From a virus (Duplodnaviria; Caudoviricetes): DNA of 25,113 nucleotides. The notes beneath the pieces were generated by a model. The model did not search any database and was not told where the DNA came from. It saw only the letters and a program-made list of their open reading frames with translations. The stretch covers positions 1-25,113 of IMG/VR virus record IMGVR_UViG_3300020458_000016; one strand, written 5' to 3'. Shown here piece by piece: positions 1 to 9,567 of this stretch. Both the position numbers and the translations under genes were made by a program. Numbering within the stretch: position 1 is the stretch's first letter; each line of letters opens with the position of its first letter.

Positions 1-19
1 CGCAACCCTTTGGAAATAC

Positions 20-69
20 TGGTAGCAAGGGGCGGAGTCGAACCGCCGACCCCAGCATTATGAGTGCTG
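20..69 (-). pseudogene. 3' half of tRNA-Met (CAT), the prophage att core (att junction)
   Basis: Minus strand reads CAGCA-CTCATAA-TGCTG (anticodon arm), GGGTC, GGCGG-TTCGACT-CCGCC (T arm), CCTTGCT-A-CCA. No D arm or 5' acceptor strand upstream; AT-rich phage sequence replaces them. Confidence 0.88.
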
Positions 70-79
70 CCAGCAATTA

Positions 80-92
80 TAACTGTCTGATT
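80..92 (-). promoter_or_regulatory. Putative IHF binding site in the att arm
   Basis: Minus strand AATCAGACAGTTA matches the IHF consensus WATCARNNNNTTR, 10 nt from the att core. Confidence 0.6.
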
Positions 93-136
93 TAATTAAG
101 GTCATGCCGGACGCCCTCGCCCACATTGTTCTATTG

Positions 137-153
137 GTGCGCATCCGTGCGCA
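137..153. repeat. GTGCGCA direct repeat pair, possible integrase arm-type or Xis sites
   Basis: GTGCGCA at 137-143 and 147-153 (10-bp period) in the att arm; function inferred from position only. Confidence 0.35.
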
Positions 154-321
154 GAGTGTGGCCACAAAATGCCCACGAGGCCAAACCAAAGGACATATTA
201 AATTCCAGAAGCCGCGTGATGGTTTCGGTCATCAGCGGCATAGCGTTTCTAACCGTCCGTTTTATGGCTATTCGGATTAACGTGTTGATTTGACGCAGTC
301 ACGCATTTCAATAGTATATAT

Positions 322-2235
322 CTAATAGCTAACTAACGGTATCGCAACGCTAAATGCGATATTCGTCATCAAGCCCTCTATCCTGCAAGCTCCATTTATT
401 GCAACCCTAGCGGACACAGATGCCCCTGTATCTGTCTTGATGGCTGAAAACCATTTCGTAGTATCTATTCGGCCTGCGATATCAGCGGGAAGCGTTGCAA
501 ATTGCTCTGACGTTGCAGCCCCGCCGTCAATGTTTCCATCTAAATAAAGAACACCATCAATAACACTATAACGACAAACCTGCCCACTAGCGTCTTGAGT
601 CCATCCGTTTTCAAGAGTCAAGTCATTTTCAGGCAATATGCTTATATCTTTACCAGTGAACGGGTCGGTCGCTTTGATTACTGATGGTCCTTTCGACACA
701 AGCAAATAGGAAGTTGTAAATGCACCGCTTTCAGCCTTGTCCGAGAATCTTCCGCCAGCGTCAAGCGTAAGGCCACTACCAGAGTAATAGTGATCCATTC
801 CAGAAACATTAAACAGGTAATTGCTTGATTCAATTCTTTCAAATTTACCTGTGATGAACCTTAGTCCAGGAGTTGCTATGGAGCAGCCAATTGTTGTCAG
901 CACTGTCCCGCCAATTATCCCTATTGCGCTTGCGCCATCATCTGCCTCAAGACCATTTGATAACCACCCTTGAGGGGTAACTTTGTTTTCAACATAAACA
1001 CCGTTAAAGTTAATAACGGATGCTGCGCCCCCTTCGCCTCTGATAATCTCGTCTGTGAAGTTTTCGACGCTGCCTCCGTAAAAAGAAATAGGGCCGGTTC
1101 CTCCGTTGTATCTTATAAATCTGTCGAACAGTGCAGCGCGACATCCGTGAAAACTGATGTTGTTGGCGTTTAGCTTCGTGAACCCGTTGGAAAACCTTTC
1201 AAAGTACGTATCAATGAATTTGTAATAAAATCCACCGGCCCATGAAACAATAGTGTCCCAATTTGTTAGAGCCGCCCCGCTTGTTTGTATTGAAGCAGAA
1301 GATGAGAATCCAACCGACCCAGAGTTAAAAAACAGCGTACCATCAGGACTTTTCCCACTTACCGACATATCCATAATTACAAGGAAGAAATTTGTTATAA
1401 AAGTCCCGATGCCTGTATATACAAGACCGCTACCACGTCTATTATTGCCTTTCAGAAGGATGTTCTTTGTGAAACTTAAAGAGCCTGAGCATTCAATTAG
1501 TTCATCTATGTATATAGCACCACCAGTGGACGGCAATAAATTATGAGCGGCCTGAACTGCTAACGTGTTCTCTGTTTCTGTTGCTGCGGAGCTACCACCA
1601 AACCAGCGCGGTTTTGTTAGGTTTGGCTCTCTATCTCGCTCCCAATAATTACCATTGGCAAGTGTGATAAATACACCCTTTTGAGGATCGCTCGGCGGTG
1701 TTCCGGATTTAACCGTGCCGTCTCCAAATCTGACCTGATCAGTCAATCTAACATTCACCCCCACCGCCAAAGACAAAGCCTCAAGCTCCGCCACACTTCC
1801 AACGTAGATTGTCGCACCGTTAACGAGGTTTGCGCCCTGACCGCTTGCAACCGTTCTCGCCAACTCCTGGCGCAAAGCCGCATCCCCAACAGACACAAAC
1901 GCCGCGCCCTCTGGCAGCCCCGCGCCTGTAGTGGTGTACGGCAAATCAGTGGAGCCAGACACGCGCCAGAACTCGCCGGAGGTGTCGCGCACCACTTGGT
2001 TGTACCCAGTAATCTCAATGCCCGCCGCGTAGTTTCCAAGGAACTCGTAGCCACTCGACGCAATGAAGGCGGCAAACTCATCTTCCATGCCCTGCCAGGA
2101 CTTGCGAGACTTGCCGAGCCGGTCGTTATAGGCTGGCGCCTCACCCGTAACCAGATTATCGGCCACGGCGGCATTATCAAAAAGGTCACGCGGATCAGAG
2201 CTGCCAACAGGGTTGCCGGTGTTGAACTTGGTCAT
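322..2235 (-). CDS. Tailspike / receptor-binding protein (virion-anchoring N-terminus plus predicted beta-helix)
   Basis: 637 aa. N-terminus (NTGNPVGSSDPRDLFDNA) typical of lambdoid tail fibre/spike anchors; PRWFGG...ENTLAVQAA...GGAIYI resembles the start of a pectate-lyase-like beta-helix; last gene of the tail operon. Confidence 0.8.
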   Translation of the reverse strand: MTKFNTGNPVGSSDPRDLFDNAAVADNLVTGEAPAYNDRLGKSRKSWQGMEDEFAAFIASSGYEFLGNYAAGIEITGYNQVVRDTSGEFWRVSGSTDLPYTTTGAGLPEGAAFVSVGDAALRQELARTVASGQGANLVNGATIYVGSVAELEALSLAVGVNVRLTDQVRFGDGTVKSGTPPSDPQKGVFITLANGNYWERDREPNLTKPRWFGGSSAATETENTLAVQAAHNLLPSTGGAIYIDELIECSGSLSFTKNILLKGNNRRGSGLVYTGIGTFITNFFLVIMDMSVSGKSPDGTLFFNSGSVGFSSSASIQTSGAALTNWDTIVSWAGGFYYKFIDTYFERFSNGFTKLNANNISFHGCRAALFDRFIRYNGGTGPISFYGGSVENFTDEIIRGEGGAASVINFNGVYVENKVTPQGWLSNGLEADDGASAIGIIGGTVLTTIGCSIATPGLRFITGKFERIESSNYLFNVSGMDHYYSGSGLTLDAGGRFSDKAESGAFTTSYLLVSKGPSVIKATDPFTGKDISILPENDLTLENGWTQDASGQVCRYSVIDGVLYLDGNIDGGAATSEQFATLPADIAGRIDTTKWFSAIKTDTGASVSARVAINGACRIEGLMTNIAFSVAIPLVSY

Positions 2236-2258
2236 CTATTTAATCCTCTACCGATCAC

Positions 2259-2283
2259 AAAAAAGCCCGCTCAATGGCGGGCT
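2259..2283 (-). terminator. Intrinsic terminator between tail tip gene and tailspike
   Basis: Minus strand AGCCCGC-CATTGA-GCGGGCT followed by a T-run. Confidence 0.75.
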
Positions 2284-2307
2284 CTGTGGAAAGTGGTTGT
2301 TTAGTCG

Positions 2308-4968
2308 TTAGCTGAAAGGCGCGTTATCGTCGTCGGCATACACCCGGTCATCGTAGTTGGTCGCCGTAACGCCAACAGATAACGGGCCGCTCGGGCTGAT
2401 TTCGGTAATTAGTGCCGGAAAGCTCCAGCGATCGGTTGTGCCAAAGTAAATATGGGTCGGCTCTCTGTCCGAGGGAGTAACCGCTGGCCAGGGCTGCGGA
2501 ATCGACACAAGCGCGGTGTATTTGTCAGGGCCAGGTGTTGCCGTAAATGGCCCAACAACGTCGCCCGATTCGGAACGGTAAGCGACGACGTGTGTTTTGC
2601 CTTCCTCGAACTCCAGCGGCTCCGAAACAACAATTCGATCAGAGCTGATGGATTGCAGAATCGAGGCCTTACCGTAGCCGGGCACATCGTCCACCAGCGG
2701 AACGAAGGACAGGTACTGGCTGTTGAGCGCGTCCAGCTCCGTTTCAAACGAGTACGTCCAACGGCGATAGCGCTGGGCTCGCCTTCGTCTCATTCCAATA
2801 CGCCAGGCGCGGGTCTGGTCTGTGACGCCTTTCAGGTTCACTTTATCCAGCTTGATCGCCTGGTCTCCTGGGAGCAGGCACTGGATGGTTTCCGTTGTCC
2901 AGGTGCCGGCCTTGGTGTATTCCACCTCTACGCCATCGGGCTCATCCACTTTCTTGCCCTGGAATTGTCGACGGAGCGGAGTTGTCATGTTCTCGGGGCT
3001 GTAGCCGTCCTCGAATTTTTCTCTTGGCTGATCTCGGACTGGGGTAATGACGCCATTTTCTAGGGTCATCTCGGCAAAGCCGGCCCTCAGAATAGTGTCG
3101 ATCGCATCTTTGGCGGTGCCATCTGAGAACACATAGTCAAAGGTGTCACCGCGTGGCGTCCAGATTGCCTCGTATCGCTCCATCTCATCCAGGTTGATCC
3201 GATCGTCTGCGTATCCGAGTGACTTGGCGACATAGCACGCAGCGGCGCTGATGCTCCTGGTGGCCGAGTTGGCAGTGAATTCACCGTCGCTGATTGTTGG
3301 CAACTTGCGTGTGAACTCCAGGTTGATCTTGTTGTTGGAGCTGCTGGCAATCTCATCAGAACCGACAATATCCACGGCCATCGTGGTAATGCCTTCGTAA
3401 CTCGTTACCGCTGGCAATTTGCAGCGCAGCGCCGTGAAGTCCAGACGATCGAGGGAGGTTACCGAGACATCCTCCGCTCCCAGACGGCTCACCCGGATCT
3501 CTGGCCGGATGGCTGAGGGCAGGCTGACGGTGAACGTCCAGCCGAGCTGATCGCGGGTGCTACCGCTGACCGTCTCAATCTGTTCCTGCCAGGTCGTGGC
3601 GCCAACTTCGCGATATTCGATCCGAATGTCCCGGCTCCTGGCGTTTATGGACTCACCATCAACCACGCCCAAACCAGAAGAAGCGAAAAGATCAACCTCA
3701 ATGGTGTCAGTGGTTTCGCCATCCGGGCACACGACAAAGGGTCCGGCCCTGTTGCCGGTAAAATCCTCAGCGCTCCAGACAATCTCCAGTGTCACAGAAG
3801 CTGAGGGCAGGTTCCCATCCCAGTCGGGATCAGGTGAACCGTCCGCCAGCTGGCGCTCAACCTGTATCTCTGTATCGCTGGGGATTGAGATCAGCGCGTA
3901 CTCTGTGCCCGCTTTGTCTATGGACATGGCACCCGAAAGGCCAGATGAATCCGTTACAGGATCGCCGCCGGTCGTCTCCAGCTCGATCTCATCCTTGGCT
4001 GCGTTGATTGTTGAAACAACGTAGGTGCCATTCACGTCGACATTGGATTCGATGTTGACGGTCATGCCGGCGGCAAGGTGCTGAAAATTGCCATTGAATA
4101 TAAGCGTTGAACTAATACCCGGGTCGGTGATTGTTATCGACTGGGTCATTTTTATAGACCCAAGGATCCCGGGCTCCCACAACTCGCCTACTGAAACGCC
4201 GGTTATCGCGTCGCCTGATGCCGTGCCTGATCCAAAATACGTGCGCTGGTCATAGGTGACGCCCTTCAGCCGGATTCCTGCGCTGCCTTGCGTGCCGCCA
4301 ACTTCGGGTGATTGAAACCAATTCTCGTGATTCGGGACACCGGAAAGATCCGCGCCGGGCTCATAGATGGTGAAGTCCGCGTTGTTCAACTCATTGATCG
4401 GCGTCTCACCGATTTTAACGGAGTCCGGATCAATCTCGTATTCGCCCACACCAACAGAAAGCAGCAGGCGAATCACCTGCGTTTTCCGGTCCTGGTAAAA
4501 GGTGCGCGGCTGATTCAGGTAGTCAGGGTAACGAATGTAATAGCCGAAACCCTCGGGGATGCCCTGTCCAAGCCGTGCGATATTGGCCCTGGCGTCTGCC
4601 GGATTTAACTGGCTGCCCTGAGATCCCTGGCCGCCTTGCTGGCCGGGAATGTCGATCAGCGCCTCGATCGCAAGCTGAGGGCCTGCAATAGGGCCAAAGA
4701 CCGTGGGGAACACAATGGCCAGAGCATCCACCACGTCCCCGTACGGCACCGGCCGGAACTCGACCACATCGCGCTCACCGATAACAGCATCGGCCCAATC
4801 CATCGGTTTCACGATGGCGCCGTTAATCATGCACGAAATCGGCTGAGAATCACCGCGCCGGTAATTCGGCGTGAAGGATTTTACGAAAGCCTCAACGGTT
4901 AAGCCCGAACGATCGTAAGTCTCCGCCGGCTCACCCGGCATGATGCTGCTGTAGACCTTAATCGTCAT
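2308..4968 (-). CDS. Central tail tip / host specificity J-like protein with N-terminal gpI-like region
   Basis: About 886 aa from MTIKVY; follows the NlpC/P60 gene; motifs such as RLGQGIPEGFG...YPDY and DGVEVEY resemble J-type hub proteins. Confidence 0.8.
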   Translation of the reverse strand: MTIKVYSSIMPGEPAETYDRSGLTVEAFVKSFTPNYRRGDSQPISCMINGAIVKPMDWADAVIGERDVVEFRPVPYGDVVDALAIVFPTVFGPIAGPQLAIEALIDIPGQQGGQGSQGSQLNPADARANIARLGQGIPEGFGYYIRYPDYLNQPRTFYQDRKTQVIRLLLSVGVGEYEIDPDSVKIGETPINELNNADFTIYEPGADLSGVPNHENWFQSPEVGGTQGSAGIRLKGVTYDQRTYFGSGTASGDAITGVSVGELWEPGILGSIKMTQSITITDPGISSTLIFNGNFQHLAAGMTVNIESNVDVNGTYVVSTINAAKDEIELETTGGDPVTDSSGLSGAMSIDKAGTEYALISIPSDTEIQVERQLADGSPDPDWDGNLPSASVTLEIVWSAEDFTGNRAGPFVVCPDGETTDTIEVDLFASSGLGVVDGESINARSRDIRIEYREVGATTWQEQIETVSGSTRDQLGWTFTVSLPSAIRPEIRVSRLGAEDVSVTSLDRLDFTALRCKLPAVTSYEGITTMAVDIVGSDEIASSSNNKINLEFTRKLPTISDGEFTANSATRSISAAACYVAKSLGYADDRINLDEMERYEAIWTPRGDTFDYVFSDGTAKDAIDTILRAGFAEMTLENGVITPVRDQPREKFEDGYSPENMTTPLRRQFQGKKVDEPDGVEVEYTKAGTWTTETIQCLLPGDQAIKLDKVNLKGVTDQTRAWRIGMRRRRAQRYRRWTYSFETELDALNSQYLSFVPLVDDVPGYGKASILQSISSDRIVVSEPLEFEEGKTHVVAYRSESGDVVGPFTATPGPDKYTALVSIPQPWPAVTPSDREPTHIYFGTTDRWSFPALITEISPSGPLSVGVTATNYDDRVYADDDNAPFS

Positions 4969-5356
4969 AGTAAACAACCTTCAGAAACCGCTGCTCGAAA
5001 TACCGCAAGTTGACCAGGCGCGGGCCATGGCCACCTCGTCCAGGTTCATCGGTTTCCAGGATCATCCGTTTGCCGTCTACATCAACCACGATGGCGATGT
5101 GAGTGCAGAGGGAGCCGCGGAAGGCGCAAGCAATTGCACCTGGTTGTGGCCCGACTTCACGGTAGTTTGGTGCCTCAGCCCGGACTGCATCAGTGAGCGC
5201 TCGTTTGTCGCTGCCCTCAACACCTCCATGAACCGGCATCCAGGGCTTGTTGAACAGGTAAACGCGGGCCATCCGGACGATGCCGTAACAGTCGGCTCCA
5301 GACTGAGAGCGACCATTCGGCTCGTAGGGAATCGCAAGGATCTCATCAAGGGTCAT
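4958..5356 (-). CDS. NlpC/P60 tail assembly protein (lambda gpK-like)
   Basis: IPYEPNGRSQSGADCYGIV and HIAIV motifs (Cys/His). Start at ATG 5356 gives a TAATG overlap with the upstream stop. Confidence 0.85.
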   Translation of the reverse strand: MTLDEILAIPYEPNGRSQSGADCYGIVRMARVYLFNKPWMPVHGGVEGSDKRALTDAVRAEAPNYREVGPQPGAIACAFRGSLCTHIAIVVDVDGKRMILETDEPGRGGHGPRLVNLRYFEQRFLKVVYYDD

Positions 5357-5841
5357 TAAATGTACCTTAAGCCAGGAGCATACTCGGACGTGTAGCGCTT
5401 TCGGGGCCACGCGGCATTCAGAAGGTCGTAATACCCTGCCTCGATCTGCACCATCATTCCCTCGAAAGTTCCGCCTCTGAGCGTCATTTTGTAGGGCTTG
5501 TTGGCAGGCGCTGACAGATCGCTGGAGAGAAACACGCGGTAATTTACGGGCACTTCCTCGGCAGACTCCAGTGCGGCCTCCACAGCTTTCTGAGCCTCGC
5601 CGGTGACGTTAGCGATGGAGAAATTCAGGGTTTGATTTCCCTGGGTGTTCTTGGACGGCTCTTTATATTCGAACGGGCCTGCGTTGAATGTCACCGTTTC
5701 GCCAGTTTCAAGCGTTGCCGTAAGATCCTCGAAGGACGCCACAACCCGGATGGGCTCAAAGTTCGGTACCAGGATCTCCAGCGTTGGATGAATCACATGC
5801 TCAGACGGCGCCGAAGCGTAGACCGTTTCAATGATGCTCAT
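5356..5841 (-). CDS. Minor tail protein (DUF1833-like, gpL position)
   Basis: 161 aa, MSIIETVYASAP...DLLNAAWPRKRYTSEYAPGLRY; lies between Dit and NlpC/P60 genes. Confidence 0.8.
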   Translation of the reverse strand: MSIIETVYASAPSEHVIHPTLEILVPNFEPIRVVASFEDLTATLETGETVTFNAGPFEYKEPSKNTQGNQTLNFSIANVTGEAQKAVEAALESAEEVPVNYRVFLSSDLSAPANKPYKMTLRGGTFEGMMVQIEAGYYDLLNAAWPRKRYTSEYAPGLRYI

Positions 5842-6302
5842 GGTTCAGGCCACAGGCTGTTCAGAGCAACGTCGATGATGCTCTGGTTCCGGATAAACTC
5901 CTGCCCATAAAGCCAGTATTCCTCGTTCAGCACAGGGCGTTCTCGTATCTCAAACTCTGCGCTGTATTCCCAATGCCTCAATCCGCGAAGCTTCGGGCCT
6001 TCGTACATGCCGGTGAATCGGCACTCGTAAGGTCGAAGCCCCATAGGAGAATCCAGTTGGCAGTTAAACCATTCGGTGCCATAGCTGATTTCGTAATTGA
6101 ACCAGGCTTCAAACAGTTGCCCCTGCTCCTGGGTAAGCAGGAAAGCCACCGGAACCATTGTCGGGACACTGGTGTTCACCGGGCGCTGCTTGGCACGACC
6201 GCTGGCCATGCTGGTCCTGGCAAACGTGGGCGCCGCCTTTAGTCCATAGCCGTTACGAAGCGGCGTTGGCAGGTAGCTGGGAAACTCTTTCTCGGTTGCC
6301 AT
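5838..6302 (-). CDS. Distal tail protein (Dit / lambda gpM-like)
   Basis: 154 aa directly after tape measure; RTSMASGRAKQR and FEAWF...GTEWF motifs. Confidence 0.75.
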   Translation of the reverse strand: MATEKEFPSYLPTPLRNGYGLKAAPTFARTSMASGRAKQRPVNTSVPTMVPVAFLLTQEQGQLFEAWFNYEISYGTEWFNCQLDSPMGLRPYECRFTGMYEGPKLRGLRHWEYSAEFEIRERPVLNEEYWLYGQEFIRNQSIIDVALNSLWPEP

Positions 6303-8413
6303 CAGTAGCCCTGCCTCTTGAGTCCGAACGCGGTTTGCATGGCTTTGGCCCTGGGTCCGCCGCCCATGATGTCAGCGACAAACACGTTAACCTCTTCCTG
6401 CCCGTTGCTGCCTCTTTTGGTTTCTGTCTCGCCGGCCCGGGAATTGTCCTCAATGACGTTGACCACGGTTCCGGATCCTCCGCCAGCAGCTTTCTGCAAC
6501 TTGTGATCAGTAACGCTTTCATCGGGATGCAGCATGGCCATGAAGCCGCCTTTCCCATCCAGGCCACCAGACCTTGGGCCAGCACCGGTATAACCGCCAC
6601 CCTCGAAAGAGGCTATTGTCTGGGCTGTAATCCCCGCGGCCGCAGCGACACCCATCGCCTGGGCTACGTTGGCGTGAACTTCACCAGCCGCCAGGATGCC
6701 GGGCGCTGCCGGGCCAGACATCGCTGCCATTTGCGCATAGGCCACGCGGATAGCCATGGCAGCTTGAATGCCATCGATAACAGCATTGGCAGCAGCCAAG
6801 CCTTGAGACATTACGTAAAACGCCTCTCCAACTGCCCCCATTTCACCGTATAGGCTCTCCATCTGGTTGACCTGGTTGGAGGTGATGGAGACGATATCTG
6901 CCGCAGCACTTAGCCTGGCCTGCACAGCTTCTTTTTCTCGATCAATATCTTTCTGCCTCATGGCGTCCAGAGAGTCGTACATTTGGCGCTCGTTCTGGAT
7001 CCGCAGGTTATTGGCTTCCATTTCAGTGAGGGTTTGGTTTTCCCTCAGTTTCGATATCTCCTCGTCGCGCTCGCCAAAGGCCGCCAGAATGGCCTGCTTT
7101 TCTGTCTGGAGAGATGATAGAAGCGCCTCTCTTCGATCAGCCATCTGCTTTTCGATATCTTCAGCAGAATCTAAGCCTGCAACGGAATCGCCATTAGAAC
7201 TATCAACCGAAGTAATGGTATTGGATGCAGTTCCGGGGGTATTATCTCCGCGGCCATCGCTTGCACCAGGTAATTCAGGTGGGGAAACCAAGTCTATTAA
7301 TGGAGCTTTCCGGCTTCCACGTTCCATACGGCGCCGGAAATCTACGATCTTGGTTTCTGTCTCGGCAATCATGTCCCAGATTTCGTCTTTGTCGTAGTAG
7401 GCAACAACGCCGTCTTTTCCAAAGAACCTAACGCGATTTGATGGGTTATCCAGCATGGAATAGAGCGTTTCTAACTCATCTTCCAGCCTGACAATATCGT
7501 CTGCGGCGGCACCTGCAGTCATCGCCGCCAACTCTTCGGCCAAAAACTGCGTGATCTTTATTGCGCCATCCACCGCCTTTGCAGCTTTATTCATCGCGGT
7601 TACAACAGCAGTGCCTAGCGCTTGAGCGGATTTAAGAGTTGAATCATCCGAAAGAAGGTCGATCAATTCATTTACCGCTGGGAGGGCCGCCAGAACGATT
7701 TCATTCTTCATGCCTGTAGCGGCGCCGCTGAGCTCGTCAAAACCGCGACGGATATCTTCCAGTTGCTCAAACTCAAGATCGGAGAATACGTTGCCTGTTC
7801 GCTCAGCTTCGTCGCCAAGGTTTTTCATCTCTCTGCCGTTGTTGCGCAGCAACGGAACCAGAGCTGTGGCGTCAGAAGCAATGGCCTCCATATAGAAGGT
7901 CATATCTTTTTGACTTACTCCGGCCTCCTCGAGGCTCCGCACGTAGAGCTGAAGTGCGTCTGGACCCGAAAGCCGGGCGAATTGATCAGCGGTGACGCCA
8001 ACCTTTGGCGCGATGTTCTCGAAAAAGTCGGCCATAGGACCGCCGCCGGTCTGAATAAAGTCGCCGATGCGGTCGTTCGTGTCCTTGAGAATATCGGACA
8101 CTTTTTCCTGCTCAATTCCGTATCGCTTTGCAGCGTAGGTCAGCTTCTGGAACTCCTGGGGACTTGAGCCCGCCAGCCGGGAAAGGTTTTGCACTTCTCT
8201 TGCGCTCTCAGAAGTCGATGCCACGAGAGCGGTCATCCCAGCTACTGCCGTGGCGCTGGCGGCTGTAATGGCGGCGCCGATCTGATTGGAGTAGCGCTCG
8301 ATCTTCTTAGCAGTTTTCTCGGACTTGCGAGACGCCTTGTCCATACCCTGTTCGAAGCCGGACACCTTCGCTATTAGATCGAGCGTGAGCGTCCCGAGGG
8401 ATTTCCTCGCCAT
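6302..8413 (-). CDS. Tail tape measure protein
   Basis: 703 aa, Ala-rich and helical; N-terminal LGTLTLDLIAKVSGFEQGM and C-terminal FEGGGYTG...AMLHPDE motifs; downstream of the G/GT chaperones. Confidence 0.92.
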   Translation of the reverse strand: MARKSLGTLTLDLIAKVSGFEQGMDKASRKSEKTAKKIERYSNQIGAAITAASATAVAGMTALVASTSESAREVQNLSRLAGSSPQEFQKLTYAAKRYGIEQEKVSDILKDTNDRIGDFIQTGGGPMADFFENIAPKVGVTADQFARLSGPDALQLYVRSLEEAGVSQKDMTFYMEAIASDATALVPLLRNNGREMKNLGDEAERTGNVFSDLEFEQLEDIRRGFDELSGAATGMKNEIVLAALPAVNELIDLLSDDSTLKSAQALGTAVVTAMNKAAKAVDGAIKITQFLAEELAAMTAGAAADDIVRLEDELETLYSMLDNPSNRVRFFGKDGVVAYYDKDEIWDMIAETETKIVDFRRRMERGSRKAPLIDLVSPPELPGASDGRGDNTPGTASNTITSVDSSNGDSVAGLDSAEDIEKQMADRREALLSSLQTEKQAILAAFGERDEEISKLRENQTLTEMEANNLRIQNERQMYDSLDAMRQKDIDREKEAVQARLSAAADIVSITSNQVNQMESLYGEMGAVGEAFYVMSQGLAAANAVIDGIQAAMAIRVAYAQMAAMSGPAAPGILAAGEVHANVAQAMGVAAAAGITAQTIASFEGGGYTGAGPRSGGLDGKGGFMAMLHPDESVTDHKLQKAAGGGSGTVVNVIEDNSRAGETETKRGSNGQEEVNVFVADIMGGGPRAKAMQTAFGLKRQGY

Positions 8414-8429
8414 GAGTTTCTCCAGGCAT

Positions 8430-8456
8430 AAAAAAACCCGCCGGTCTGGACGGGTT
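8430..8456 (-). terminator. Intrinsic terminator closing the HNH/membrane-protein moron
   Basis: Minus strand AACCCGTCC-AGACC-GGCGGGTT followed by a T-run. Confidence 0.75.
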
Positions 8457-8476
8457 ATTCGTGATTCGTTAGGTGT

Positions 8477-8845
8477 TCAGGTTTCTGCGAACTTGACCAG
8501 CTTTTTGGCTTCGTGGTCGTTTGGCTCAAGCGTAAGCTTCAGGCCGTCCTTGAATTCCAGATCCGCGAAATATCGCCGCTTGTGGTAGAACGAGCCCGTG
8601 ATGGCGAACAGCAGACCGGCAACCCAGCCAATCACCCCGAGGAACAGGCTACCGATGTAGCCGAACAGCAGCGTGCCAATAAGCGCACCGAAAATGCCAA
8701 ATTGGCGCTCTTTCTCCTGTCGGACAGTGACCGACTCCACGTCGCTGCCCTGATAATCCTTCTGCTTCTCGCCAAGGACTTCCAGGTACTTGCCGGCAAA
8801 ACGGGCCTTGCCGCTTGCGCCAAATGAACCGCCAATTATTTTCAT
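8477..8845 (-). CDS. Small membrane protein (moron; candidate superinfection exclusion)
   Basis: 122 aa with a Gly-rich hydrophobic hairpin (FGIFGALIGTLLFGYIGSLFLGVIGWVAGLLFAITG). ATGA-coupled to the HNH stop; occupies the HK97 gp15 position. Function is inference. Confidence 0.7.
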   Translation of the reverse strand: MKIIGGSFGASGKARFAGKYLEVLGEKQKDYQGSDVESVTVRQEKERQFGIFGALIGTLLFGYIGSLFLGVIGWVAGLLFAITGSFYHKRRYFADLEFKDGLKLTLEPNDHEAKKLVKFAET

Positions 8846-9567
8846 GCCGCCCCTCTAACTACTTGCGTTCCTATTTGGCAATATTTTAGCCATTCAAGCG
8901 GGGTTGTCATAATAAGTCTGTTGCCTTTGATTCTATTCAACTTAGCGGGGATAACTTGTATGTTGCCGGCAACATGAAGCCCGCTTGCTTTTTCTGATAT
9001 TAACGGAACCAAGTGGTCAACCTCATAAGGCAACCCTGACGCAGCTTCCCGCTCTTTGGCTAGGGAGTAAGCCTCTGCGATGACAAAGTTATCAAGCTCC
9101 CCAAACCATGCTGGCTTGCGTTTAGTTTTTCGAGATCTTCTAATCGAGTCTATTTGCCTCAACTTTTCAGCATTAAGGCTGCGCCATCTTTTGCGACTGG
9201 CGCGAACTTTCTCTTTGTTCTTCCTGGCCCATTCTCGGCGTATCTCTTCGTATTTTTCCGGCTTTTTGTCATAAGCGCGCTTCTTAATCAAGTTTACCTT
9301 TTCTCTGTTCTTTAAAACGTACTCTCGGCGCCTAGCCTCGATTTGTTCTTGATTTTCGATGTAGTATTTTGAAGCCTTTTTCTTCAAAAGCGCTCGATTC
9401 TGTGAGCGGTATCTTGCAAGCCTTTCTTTGCTTGCCTTTTGACAGTCGCTGCACAGGCACTCTCCATTGCATGTTCTTCGCTCTGATAAATTTCCGCGCT
9501 TACATGGCCGGCCAGTGAAAAATGTATTAACGCCACAAGCTCTTGCCTTTTCCCGAGAAATCTTAAT
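8842..9567 (-). CDS. Free-standing HNH endonuclease (start probably non-canonical ATT/ATC, upstream of the TTG at 9387)
   Basis: C-terminal YEVDHLVPL...GLHVAGNIQVIPAKLNRIKGN HNH motif. The frame stays open to 9579 and encodes KISREKARACGVNTFFTGRPCKRGNLSERRTCNGECLCSDC, a Cys-rich N-terminus typical of phage HNH proteins. Low GC (9241-9300: 22/60). Confidence 0.8.
   Translation of the reverse strand: MKISREKARACGVNTFFTGRPCKRGNLSERRTCNGECLCSDCQKASKERLARYRSQNRALLKKKASKYYIENQEQIEARRREYVLKNREKVNLIKKRAYDKKPEKYEEIRREWARKNKEKVRASRKRWRSLNAEKLRQIDSIRRSRKTKRKPAWFGELDNFVIAEAYSLAKEREAASGLPYEVDHLVPLISEKASGLHVAGNIQVIPAKLNRIKGNRLIMTTPLEWLKYCQIGTQVVRGAA

Noticed and set aside
20-100. Complete functional tRNA-Met gene
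   Set aside because: D arm and 5' acceptor strand are missing; only the 3' half is present.
219-293. 24-aa hydrophobic plus-strand ORF (MVSVISGIAFLTVRFMAIRINVLI), possible type I toxin
   Set aside because: No SD at usable spacing and no evident promoter or antitoxin; AT-rich DNA yields such peptides by chance.
322-4968. Diversity-generating retroelement or invertible tail-fibre cassette
   Set aside because: No reverse transcriptase, invertase, template/variable repeat pair or inverted crossover sites seen in the window.
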